From: Octopus sinensis | Lineage: Eukaryota | DNA: 64,000 bases | NCBI RefSeq assembly: GCF_006345805.1 | Contig: NC_043007.1 | Location: 33,046,001 to 33,110,000, forward strand | Direction: 5' to 3' | Part shown: positions 53,452-64,000 of the stretch, one piece after another | Numbering within the stretch: position 1 is the stretch's first letter | How the letters are laid out: each line of letters starts with the position of its first letter | Translations under genes and position numbers: made by a program | The notes under the pieces: model-generated | The model's input: the letters and a program-made list of their open reading frames with translations, nothing else | The model's database searches: none | What the model was told of the DNA's origin: nothing

Positions 53452-53779
53452 GTACGTGTGGTTTCTGTGCGTTATAGGTAGTTCTTTAAAAAGCTCGATG
53501 CTATTTGCTCAAATTTATTCCCTGTAATAAGAGATTCTAATTGTTGTTTCCCGTGTAAAATGTTGGCAGAATCACCATATCACACTTTTAATCAGCTCTT
53601 ATTAGCATCGACTGATATATACATATATGCGTATCTACATACATACATAAATGCATATGTAATTAGTGATATATATATATTATATATATATTATATATAT
53701 ATATATGTTGTGTGGTGTGTGTGTGTGTTGTGTGTTGTGTGTGTGTATGTATATAATATATAATATAATATAATATAAC

Positions 53780-53960
53780 ATAAATCCCGTTCTGTCTGTC
53801 TGTTTGTGCGCCTATAACTCAAGTATTATTCATCCGATCGCGTTGAAATTTTAAATATAGATACATGAGAGAGCGGGGCGTTCCATAATCTAAAAAGTCT
53901 TTCAAAGTGAGAATCGCTATTTTTGTAATGTTTGCCGGTCCGTCAGATGATTCAAACTTC
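53780..53960 (+). mobile_element. Helitron/HINE-like non-autonomous 5' fragment
   Basis: (CTGT)n near the start, then ataactc..catccgatc..tgaaattt. Confidence 0.45.
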
Positions 53961-54135
53961 CATTTTTATTTTTATTCGAAATTACTGTTACGTATCCCGT
54001 CGAAAGAACAAATTTCATCAGCAATATTGCTGCTGAAACTTGTTCTTTGTCTATCTAGTTATCCTCTTTGTGATTTTGGTTAATAGAATAACTATGCAAA
54101 TGAATCCTTTGAATTTAACTAAATTCTATATTTTT

Positions 54136-54225
54136 ATGCAGCTGAAGATTGCTCTACATTTTAAAACTGATGTAATATTTGCATTGTTCAATTAAATGGA
54201 GTCGCATGAAACGATCGTACTGCAT
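54136..54225 (+). ncRNA. Type I hammerhead ribozyme (element ~54003-54250)
   Basis: atgcag-CTGAAGA(54142-48)..GAAA(54208-11)-cgatcg-TA-ctgcat; perfect 6-bp stem I. Confidence 0.8.
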
Positions 54226-54899
54226 TACCTCTGGATATCCTTGTTGCTTATTTATATATATATACAATGGGCCTCTTTCAGTTTCCGTGTACCAAATCCA
54301 CTCACAAGGCTTTGATCAGCCTGAGGCATTAGTAGAAGACACTTGCATAGAATCATTTCGTTAATATTTTCTAACGTTTGTTTAGTAGTTTTTTTAAACA
54401 CTTAGTGCTATCATGTGTTGAGTAGTCTTGCTTATCTACAGCAGTACGAAGAATAATCTAAAGGGAAGCCTGAGCGACTTAGAGCATTCCATCTCCATGT
54501 GACCCTTTAAGACTGTTTTGTATGATACTTAATGACATGGATATATAAACATAACTGATAACAGAAATTCAGTGATTCAAAAGCGATTATTTGCACATTC
54601 ACTTTTTGATACGTTCTGACAAATTCGAATGCGAATATGCGTATCGCCATTGTATTTCGTCATTAAAGAATGCTTTTCGTTTCAGACGAATGCTTGTTAG
54701 TAACAAGTTCGATTAATTAGGATAAGGGGCCATTAAGACACCCAGTGTTTCGACATCTTTGCGTCTCCTCAGTGAAAGCTCTTCCGGATTAATGAATCTA
54801 ACGAGACATTGTGGCTTTTTTTTTTATTCACCAAACAGATTATTTACTGATGTATTTCTGATGTCTGCGAACCGATAATAAATTTTAAGAGCCCCACCA

Positions 54900-55580
54900 A
54901 TACTATTAACTTTACTAACACAACTACCGTGACAGCATACTCCGCCAACAAACCCAAAACAACCACTCGCAACACCACAACTACACCCAGCACAAAAACC
55001 ACTAACAAAACCATCACCACCACAACCACTACTAACACAACTATTAACAATACAACCACCACTACCCCCCTCTACAGCTGCCATAGCTACAACCACAACA
55101 ACACAAAAACTGCTGCCACCACGTCCGCAACCAACACAACAATCACTTTCAACGCCACAACCACTAACACAACAACCACTACCAACACAACCACAACCAA
55201 CACAGCAATCACTACCAACATCACAACCGCTACTAAGACAACAACCGCTACCACCGCAACCACAACCAATTCAACATTCACTCTCAACGCCACAACCACT
55301 ACCAACATAACCACCGCCACAACTACAACCAACACAGCAATCACTACCAACATAACCCCCACCACCACCACCACTACAACCGCCATAACTACAACCACAA
55401 CCAATTCAACAACACCACCACAACCGATATCACCACATCCACAGCCACAACCAACTCAACAATCACTATCAACTACCACTACCACTACCACTACCAGCGC
55501 CACCACCTCAACCACTACCAACACAACAGCTACTACTAGCACTATAAGCACAAATATCACCACTGCTGCTACCATTATCG
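54900..55580. repeat. Degenerate (ACC/ACA/ACT)n low-complexity tract
   Basis: Direct inspection. Confidence 0.88.
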
Positions 55581-55729
55581 CTCAAAAACAGTCGTTAGGT
55601 TGTTGTCTTAAAAAGTATGGAGACGATATCGACCCATGCGGTCGAATCTCTTTGAATTATCATTCACAAGCTTTAATCGAACAACTGATGATCATGTAAC
55701 TAGCGAATATCCATCTATCTGATAGTCAG

Positions 55730-55932
55730 GGTGTGATAGATCGCTAGCAACTACACATTCTTTATTTTCTCTCCTCGTTTCATTCTGTGTTCCTTTCTGT
55801 GGAAGAGCGTAGGCTCGAAACGTTAAAGACATTTTCACTTCCCGAGCATTATACTAATAATGTTGTCTACACCACCTGTTTGTTGTCTACACCAACTGTC
55901 TTCATCTTTTGTTGCTTTGTGAATTCTCCTCT
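55730..55932 (+). mobile_element. A6U-hammerhead element; motif 55793-55828
   Basis: cttt-CTGTGGA-a-gagc-gtag-gctc-GAAAC-GTT-aaag. Confidence 0.7.
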
Positions 55933-56016
55933 ATGCATTGAGTTACGTACGTCTGTGTGTGTGTTTATGCGCGCGTGTGTGTGTGTGTGTGTTTATGTGT
56001 ACGTGTGCATAAATGT

Positions 56017-56433
56017 AGGCGTAGGAGTGGCTGCGTGTTAAGTAGACTGCTTACGAACCACACGGTTCCGGGTTCATTCCCACTGCGTGGCACCTTGGGC
56101 AAGTGTCTTCTACTATAGCCTCGGGTCGACCAAAGCCTTGTGAGTGGATTTGGTAGACGGAAACTGAAAGAAGCCCGTCGTATATATGTATATATATGAA
56201 TGCATGTGTATGTGTGTATATATTAGTATATCTGAGTTTGTCCCCCCAGCAACGCTTGACAACCGATGCTGGTGTGTTTACGTCCCCGTAACTTAGCGGT
56301 TCGGTAAAAGAGACTGTTAGAATAAGTACTAGGCTTACAAAGAATAAGTCCCGGGGTCGATTTGCTCGACTAAAGGCGGTGCTCCAGCATGACCACAGTC
56401 AAATGACAAACAGATAAAAGATTAAAGATTAAG
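56017..56433 (+). mobile_element. SINE family A
   Basis: Full length. Confidence 0.92.
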
Positions 56434-56474
<41 letters not shown>

Positions 56475-56476
<2 letters not shown>

Positions 56477-57205
56477 AATTAAGGACTGAACACGAAAAGT
56501 GGACAGTGAACATGCTAGATATAGACGTCAAATCGCCATTCTCCACAAAATATTATGTTCTCAGATCAAACTCAGCACAAAACCATAGCAATAAACAAGT
56601 GAAAATATACGAAATAAAATAATTACCCATGTACTAATCAGTTTCGGCTGTTATTTACCACAAGGAAAACTGCAGCCATCATCAGCATGGTCCGTTATAA
56701 ATGCAATTTGCTGGACTAGATGCAAACACGATACCGAAATATTGCGTGCATGGAGTTCAGCCTATTACATTTGAATATATCTTTCAAATGCCTTTACTTT
56801 GGCACGTTGAGACCCGAGAAAACTAGCCTGCAGCTAATAATTAGCAGCAGTCAATTTATCGGTTAGAGAACATATTTATTTATATAAAATTAATTAAGGG
56901 TAGAAATTGATATTTATCAATTAAGACCAGTGGTCTAGCATATTAAAAAATAATCCGAAGATTAAAATATTTATATATACCAATTAAGGACTGAACACGA
57001 AAAGTGGACAGTCAACATGCTAGAAATATACGTCAAATCGCCATTCTCCACAAAATATTATGTTCTCAGATCAAACTCAGCACAAAACCATAGCAATAAA
57101 CAAGTGAAAATATTTATCGGTTAGAGAACATATTTATTTATATAAAATTAATTATGCTAGACCACTGGTCTTAATTGATAAATATCAATTTCTACCCTTA
57201 ATTAA
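56475..57205. mobile_element. HHR element: 505-bp unit, partial tandem copy and inverted tip, in (TA)n
   Basis: ccaattaaggactg at 56475 and 56980; 57154-57205 is the reverse complement of ~56890-56941. Confidence 0.85.
56627..56690 (-). ncRNA. Type I hammerhead ribozyme
   Basis: ccatg-CTGATGA-t-ggctg..cagcc-GAAA-ctgatta-GTA-catgg. Confidence 0.88.
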
Positions 57206-57522
57206 TATATATATATATATAACGTGAGCGTGTTTGCGCGCGCCTGCGTTCATATATGTACACAACAATTTCTCTAGTATATTGTCTGCCTATCTATTTA
57301 TCGGCACATTGTTTTTGTTCTTGTTAATTCATCTACCAGTGCATACACACATACACACACACAACCCCATATTTTTTCTCTATGTATATACACATACACT
57401 CACACACACTACCTCTGTCTCTTTTTCTTCTCCTCTCTTCTCTATCTTTCTCTCATTTAAATTCATACAACTACACACACAGATATACCACACACACACA
57501 CACACATACACACATACATACA

Positions 57523-57553
<31 letters not shown>

Positions 57554-57692
57554 GGTCGACTTTGCCTTTCATCCTTTCGGGGTCGATAAATAAAGTACCA
57601 GTTTCGCACTGGGGTCGATATAATCGACTTAATCCGTTTGTCTGTCCTTGCTTGTCCCTTCTATGTTTAGCCCCTTGTGGGTAGTAAAGAAA
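57554..57692 (+). mobile_element. SINE family B, 3' part
   Basis: Match to family B. Confidence 0.85.
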
Positions 57693-57948
57693 TATATATA
57701 TATATTGTATATATATATATATATATTATATATAAATTAATCAATTTAGGGTAGCAAAAATTCAGTAAAAATTATCGCTACCACGGCTGGTGGAAAAGAC
57801 AAAATAGTCAAAGACTAAATAGATTAAATATAACAATTTAGGAATGGCCGAAACAGGCCATTCGTCCCAGAACAGAGCAGCCAGAACCCAACCGCCAGTA
57901 GTGACATTCGGAATAAGGTGAAAATTTAAAAAAATTTACCCTAATTCA

Positions 57949-58048
57949 TCTTTTATACGATGCATCGTTTCAGTGTCTTTAATGATAGCACCAGCTTAAT
58001 TAAATTAAATTAAGTAGTCTACCATAGGTCACATTCATCAGTAAAAGA
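57949..58048 (-). ncRNA. Type I hammerhead ribozyme, unit 1
   Basis: tctttta-CTGATGA..GAAA-cgatgcatc-GTA-taaaaga. Confidence 0.83.
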
Positions 58049-58413
58049 AACCTGGGAGAGACGGATATACACGAGGCGACGTATCAATGCCTCGGGAATA
58101 TCTGTTTAAAATTTTCAAGACCAACGCATTCGCGCAAACTTATCGGCAGCAAATATAAAACTGCCGATTCAATCTCAGAATTAGTCAGAAAATTACAATT
58201 AATAATTTAGGGAGCAAAAAAAATCAGTAAAAATTTATCGCTACCAGCGGCCTGGTGGAAAAGAGAAAATAGTCAAAGACTAAATAGATAAATATAACAA
58301 TTTAGAATGGCCTAAACAGGCCATTCGTCCACAGAAAGAGCAGCCAGAACTCCAACGCCAAGTAGTGTAATTCGGAAATAAGGTGAAAATTTAAAAACAT
58401 TTACCCTAATTCA

Positions 58414-58513
58414 TCTTTTATACGATGCATCTTTCAGTGTCTTTAATGATAGACCAGCTTAATTAAATTAAATTAAGCTAGTCTACCATAGGTCACACTT
58501 CATCAGTAAAAGA
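58414..58513 (-). ncRNA. Type I hammerhead, unit 2 (1-nt deletion in stem III)
   Basis: atctttc versus atcgtttc in the other units. Confidence 0.75.
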
Positions 58514-58879
58514 AACCTGGGAGAGACGGATATACACGAGGCGACTGTATCAATGCCTCGGGAATATCTGTCTTAAAATTTTCAAGACCAACGCATTCGC
58601 GCCAAACTTATCGGCAGCAAATAAAACTGCCGATTCAATCTCAGATTAGTCAGAAAATTATCAATAATCAATTTAGGGTAGCAAAAATTCAGTAAAAATT
58701 TATCGCTACCAGCGGCCTGGTGGAAAAGAGAAAATAGTCAAGACTAAATAGATAATATAACAATTTAGGAATGGCCTAAACAGGCCATTCGTCCACCAGA
58801 AAGAGCAGCCAGAACTCCAACCGCCAAGTAGTGTAATTCGGAAATAAGGTGAAAATTTAAAAACATTTACCCTAATTCA

Positions 58880-58980
58880 TCTTTTATACGATGCATCGTT
58901 TCAGTGTCTTTAATGATAGACCAGCTTAATTAAATTAAATTAAGCTAGTCTACCATAGGTCACACTTCATCAGTAAAAGA
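58880..58980 (-). ncRNA. Type I hammerhead ribozyme, unit 3 (intact)
   Basis: 7-bp stem I; stem II agtgt..atggtagactagcttaatt/aattaagctggtctatcat..acact; palindromic cgatgcatcg; GUA site. Confidence 0.9.
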
Positions 58981-59150
58981 AACCTGGGAGAGACGGATAT
59001 ACACGACGCACACAATCATACACGCACATACATACAAACATACATACACACGTACGTACCTACGTACATACATTGATGCATACATAAAACTACATAATAT
59101 GTGTGAAAGTTGGAATTCCTACACCTCGATTATGATGGAGACACCCACGC

Positions 59151-59195
<45 letters not shown>

Positions 59196-59552
59196 ATTAA
59201 TAAATATAAGGGTAGCAAAAAATTCTAGAAAAAATTTTCCGCTACCAGCGGTCTAGTGAGAAAGAGAAAATAGTCAAAGACTATATAATATACATTCAAC
59301 AATATAAGGAATGGCCATATAGGACATTCGACTCACTAGAAAATTTATGTATACGTATGTGTGCACGTTTGTGTATGTGTGCGCGCTCGTGCGTTGTGTA
59401 TGTGTATGGAATTCTCTTAGCTTCCAGATCCTCCAGTGCTATCATCGTAACGGGCAACGAACCTTCTTCACACATATATATTTATGCGTGAATTATGTGT
59501 TTGCTTGTGTGTATGTGTGTTTGTTTGTGTGCGCGTGTGTGTGTGTGTGTGT

Positions 59553-59594
<42 letters not shown>

Positions 59595-60139
59595 AGCATC
59601 CAGGGCATTTTCTTTATCTACAAGAGTAGATAGATCCTACGCGTTTTTAGAACATTCTGTCAACATCGTTGATTGGCGTGTTGGAAAATATGATTGAAGC
59701 CGTCAGCAACTGTGAGGGTATTTAACACAGCTGAACTCACCTCATTCAATTGACATCCGCTCGGATAACCCTGCCAATCTAGATAGTTCGTCTGTACAAA
59801 CTTCACTGGATTAAAACGATTGTCGTCTGCCAATGGCTAAAAATGGCATTTGGTGATAGATCCGCAAAGAAAAATATCTGCCAATTTCGTAAGATATACA
59901 ATCAGAGGGCAGTATACCGAGGAAGTTGGCGCCAGTACCTACAGTTTTATCGTCACTGCACTCTATAGCGTCTAGAGACAATAACGTAATTCCCAATAAG
60001 CGTAAAATGTGTAATTTATTCTTCAGTAAAGCTGCAAGCCTAGATTTCACTACAGTAGCGAGCGCTGATCTGAGTGCTTTTAGTATATGCTGTGATTTGT
60101 ATTGGTGTTGTTCTTTTTATTTTACTGAAAATTGCTTTA

Positions 60140-60320
60140 CGTAAGATAATGCGGTGCCTAGCAGTGTATATTATTTTCTGTATATATTCGTAAGGCCTGG
60201 TGTTTTGATTATGTATTTGTATGTCTTTTAATCATATCTAGAGCACCTGTTGTCATAGGGATGGTTTCTGTTTTTAGGCTCCACATTCGGGTTATCTCTA
60301 TTTCCAGATCTTTGTATTTC
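60140..60320 (-). mobile_element. R4/Dong-like LINE C-terminal (RLE) fragment
   Basis: KYKDLEIEITRMWSLKTETIPMTTGALDMIK. Confidence 0.75.
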
Positions 60321-60723
60321 TCTTTTGCTCTTTTACTTGTTTCAGTCACATGTGACTGCGGCCATGCTGGAGCACCGCCTTTAGTCGAGCAAATCAACCC
60401 CAGGACTTATTCTTTGTAAGCCTAGTACTTATTCTATTGATCTCTTTCGCCAAACCGCTAGGTTACAGGGATGTAAGCACAACAGCATCGGTTGACAAGC
60501 GATGTTGGGGGGGACAAACACACACACACACAAACACACACATTTGCATAGAAATATACGTATGGGCTTCTTTCAGTTTTCGCCTACCAAATCCACCCAC
60601 AAGGCATTGGTCGGCCCGAAGCTACAATACAAGACACTTGCCCAAGGTGCCACGGAGTGGGACTGAACCCGGAACCATGTAGTTGGTAAACAAGCTACTT
60701 CCCACACAGCCACTCCTACGCCT
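60321..60723 (-). mobile_element. SINE family A
   Basis: Full length. Confidence 0.9.
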
Positions 60724-60914
60724 ATATTGAGAGTTCCTGTTTATTATAGAGATAATAAATCGACAACACCCCTCCTCCAACATTACAGGCCTTGTGCCTT
60801 TAGTAGAAATGATTATTGTTGTTGCTATTCTTATTCTTATTCTTCCTCTTCTTCTGATTATTATTATTATAACTATTCTTCCTCTTCTTTTTCTGATTAT
60901 TATTATTATCATAA

Positions 60915-61230
60915 CTATTACATGTTATATTTTTTTAACATGAATGTTTCCTTGTGGTTTTGGTAAGAAGTTTCCTTAAATCTCAAGATTCTTGTGAAAA
61001 CAAGATTGGATTCTTCTGTAGTTCGGCATCACGATTTTCAATTCTACTGTCCTTCAGCTTCTTACATAACAGAGTGGATGTTGTGCCAAGTGCACCAATT
61101 ACCACAGGAATAATTCCTGTCTTACACTTCTACAATCTCTTCATGTCTCTGGCTACGTCTGGAAATTTCTAAAATTTGCTTCAATTTCTATGGTATCCAT
61201 TCTATTATCATAAGTACTTGCAATTTCTGC
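60915..61230 (-). mobile_element. R4/Dong-like LINE 3' end next to (TAA)n
   Basis: KFPDVARDMKRL*KCKTGIIPVVIGALGT. Confidence 0.7.
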
Positions 61231-61292
61231 CGGGCTACTAACTACTACTACTACTACTACTATTTTTGTTATTATCATTATCATTATTATCA

Positions 61293-61498
61293 AGGTGGTG
61301 AGCTGGCAGAATCGTTAGCAGGCCAGAAAAAAATGCTTAGCGGTATTTCGTCCGTTTGTACGTTCTGAGTTCAAATTCCACCGAGATCGATTCTACCTTT
61401 CCTCATTTCGTGGTCGAGAAATTAAGTCCCAGTCAAGCACCGAGGTCCATGTAATCGACTTACCCACTTTCTCGAAGTCGCTGGCTTTGTGTCAAAAT
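61293..61498 (+). mobile_element. SINE family B
   Basis: Match to family B. Confidence 0.82.
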
Positions 61499-61509
61499 TA
61501 TTATTATTA

Positions 61510-61562
<53 letters not shown>

Positions 61563-61563
<1 letters not shown>

Positions 61564-61674
61564 GAGTGAGAAGGCAGTGCATGCCACCGAAGTGACACTG
61601 GGGTAAAATATATGAAGCCCAATATACCCATCATAAATACCCGTCTGATAAGGGTACACTAGGCACATGCATCA

Positions 61675-61714
<40 letters not shown>

Positions 61715-62214
61715 GAGTGAGAGAGCAGCGCATGCCATCAAAGTGACACTGGGGTAAAATATACGAAGCCCAGCATACCCATCATGACTGCCCGTCTCAT
61801 AAGGGTACACCTGGCACATGCATCACAACCATATGTGCGCGACATTGTGATCTCATATCAAGATAAACATCGCATGACCTTGCAGATGGGGGTTCAGTTA
61901 GAGTCTTTCTCTGGTCGAGTAACCCATCCCGCTCAAAATGTCCCTGAATAAGGATTGTTTAAAGATGTTGAACGAACCACCCATGTTTCCAAAGTTGAAT
62001 TATCCAAACCTCTAAGAATTCCTTTCAACACATGGCTATGATGCTCCCTTACTACTTCTGCTCATGATCAGAGATGCACATATCGTCAGCCACTAACGGA
62101 CATGGTCAACTGGTTAAGGTCAAACAACTGATAAGCAAATCTGTGGTACTGAGCAGAATATTTGTTGTAGCCCGTCTTTTATGCCAAGACAAATCAATGT
62201 ACATGCTGTTGTTG

Positions 62215-62272
<58 letters not shown>

Positions 62273-62318
62273 GAGTGAGAAAACAGTGCATGCTAACAAA
62301 GTGACACTGGGATAAAAT
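61563..62318 (-). mobile_element. Three truncated copies of one repeat, each ending in (TAA)n (likely LINE 3' ends)
   Basis: tgagtgaga..gcatgc..aagtgacactggg follows (TTA)n at ~61563, ~61714 and ~62272. Confidence 0.6.
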
Positions 62319-62340
62319 TTTATTATTTTTATTATTATTA

Positions 62341-62386
<46 letters not shown>

Positions 62387-62394
62387 CATCATCA

Positions 62395-62431
<37 letters not shown>

Positions 62432-62435
62432 CTCT

Positions 62436-62648
62436 TTACCCTCTTTTACTCTTTTACTTGTTTCAGTCATTTGACTGCGGCCATGCTGGAGCACCGCCTT
62501 TAGTCGAGCAAATCGACCCCGGGACTTATTCCTTGTAAGCCAGTACTTATTCTATCGGTCTCTTTTGCCGAACCGCTAAGTGACGGGGACGTAAACACGC
62601 CAGCATCGGTTGTCAAGCAATGCTAGGGAGACAAACACAGACACACAA

Positions 62649-62695
<47 letters not shown>

Positions 62696-62860
62696 TACGA
62701 CAGACTTCTTTCAGTTTCCATCTCCCAAATCCACTCACAAGGCATTGATCGGCCCGGGGCCATAGCAGAAGACACTTGCCCAAGATGCCACGCAGTGGGA
62801 CTGAACCCGGAACCATGTGGTTGGTTAGCAAGCTACTTACCACACAGCCACTCCTGCGCC
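62436..62860 (-). mobile_element. SINE family A
   Basis: Full length. Confidence 0.92.
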
Positions 62861-62872
62861 TATAACATAGTG

Positions 62873-62940
62873 TTCTCATGCCGGGAATCGAACCCGGGCC
62901 GCCTGGGTGAAAGCCAGGAATCCTGACCACTAGACCACAT
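62873..62940 (-). pseudogene. tRNA-Glu(TTC) copy lacking the first 4 nt
   Basis: ATGTGGTCTAGTGGTCAGGATTCCTGGCT-TTC-ACCCAGGCGGCCCGGGTTCGATTCCCGGCATGAGAA; D, anticodon and T arms intact; 5' acceptor strand replaced by (AAT)n. Confidence 0.85.
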
Positions 62941-62972
62941 TATTATTATTATTATTATTATTATCATTATTA

Positions 62973-63014
<42 letters not shown>

Positions 63015-63467
63015 GAATATATAGGATTAAGGTAACTCTTCCAGAAGATATAGAACAAAAAATAGAAGAGTGCCATTGTTATCAAGTGAACGATATTTCG
63101 ACATCTCGTGTGTCTTCCACAGGTTCAAAAAATAAACTTGTCAATCTTCTTCATTTTGGTTAATTTATCGTTCACTTGACAACAATGGCACTCTTCTATT
63201 TTTGTTTCTATGTCTTTGGATGACTTACCTCAGTCCTATATATATTGACCAAAATGAAGGAGATTCACAAGTTTTTTTTTGAACCTGTGGAAGACACACG
63301 AGATATCGAAATATCGTTCACTTGATAACAATAGCACTCTTCTATTTTTGCTATTATTATTACTACTATTATTATTATTATATTATTATTATTATATTAT
63401 TTTTATTATTATTATTATTATTATTATATTATTATTACTATTATTATTATTATTATTATATTATTAT

Positions 63468-63498
<31 letters not shown>

Positions 63499-63897
63499 CA
63501 TTATTATTTATTATTATTATTATTATTATTATTTATTATTATTATTATTATTATATTATGAATATATAGGATTAAGGTAACTCTTCCAGAAGATATAGAA
63601 CAAAAATAGAAGAGTGCCATTGTTATCAAGTGAACGATATTTCGACATCTCGTGTGTCTTCCACAGGTTCAAAAAATAAACTTGTCAATCTTCTTCATTT
63701 TGGTTAATTTATCGTTCACTTGACAACAATGGCACTCTTCTATTTTTGTTTCTATGTCTTCTGGATGACTTACCTCAGTCCTATATATATTGACCAAAAT
63801 GAAGGAGATTCACAAGTTTCTTTTTTGAACCTGTGGAAGACACACGAGATATCGAAATATCGTTCACTTGATAACAATAGCACTCTTCTATTTTTGC
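63015..63897. mobile_element. Two copies (544-bp period) of an inverted/tandem 146-nt unit with A6U hammerhead-like motifs, in (ATT)n
   Basis: Motifs at 63087-63127(-), 63280-63320(+), 63631-63671(-), 63826-63866(+): tgaac-CTGTGGA-a-gaca..tgtc-GAAAT-ATC-gttca. Confidence 0.8.
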
Positions 63898-63912
63898 TAT
63901 TATTATTACTAC

Positions 63913-63956
<44 letters not shown>

Positions 63957-64000
63957 TATTATTATTATTATCATTATTATTATTATTATTATTATTATTA

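Larger units (their letters stand above)
57735..59006 (-). mobile_element. Tandem array of ~463-bp hammerhead-containing units (2.7 copies); diverged fragment at 59205-59342
   Basis: aatttaggg at 57743, 58204 and 58670; one HHR per unit. Confidence 0.9.

Noticed and set aside
54929-55699. 256-aa Thr-rich mucin-like ORF
   Set aside because: GTG start, degenerate trinucleotide tract open on both strands, no signal peptide or splice support.

Overview
AT-rich, microsatellite-dense eukaryotic non-coding DNA. The tRNA-derived SINE families and the (TA)n/(CA)n/(TATG)n/(ATT)n load look like an octopus (coleoid cephalopod) genome; this is an inference. I find no supportable host protein-coding exon, and nearly all listed ORFs are microsatellite or SINE translations. 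Recognisable TE relics are dozens of SINEs (3-4 families), RTE and R4/Dong-like LINE fragments, an internally deleted mariner, a Helitron PIF1-like helicase fragment, non-autonomous Helitrons, Penelope-like (PLE) fragments and a 5'-truncated tRNA-Glu copy. The main signal is about 25 intact, variant or decayed type I hammerhead ribozyme (HHR) motifs, read by eye. They lie in roughly ten unrelated non-coding elements, mostly inserted in (TA)n tracts as tandem and inverted copies. These include two near-identical tandem arrays (~580 bp unit at 5072-8009, ~463 bp unit at 57735-59006) with one HHR per unit, which look like retrozyme / Penelope-satellite elements. Several families share a 3'-terminal GGT-hairpin-ACCCTT motif. 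Two show junctions at the predicted self-cleavage site, and recurrent core variants (A6U; compensatory U3-A8) occur. All folds and coordinates were done by eye and need computational confirmation.
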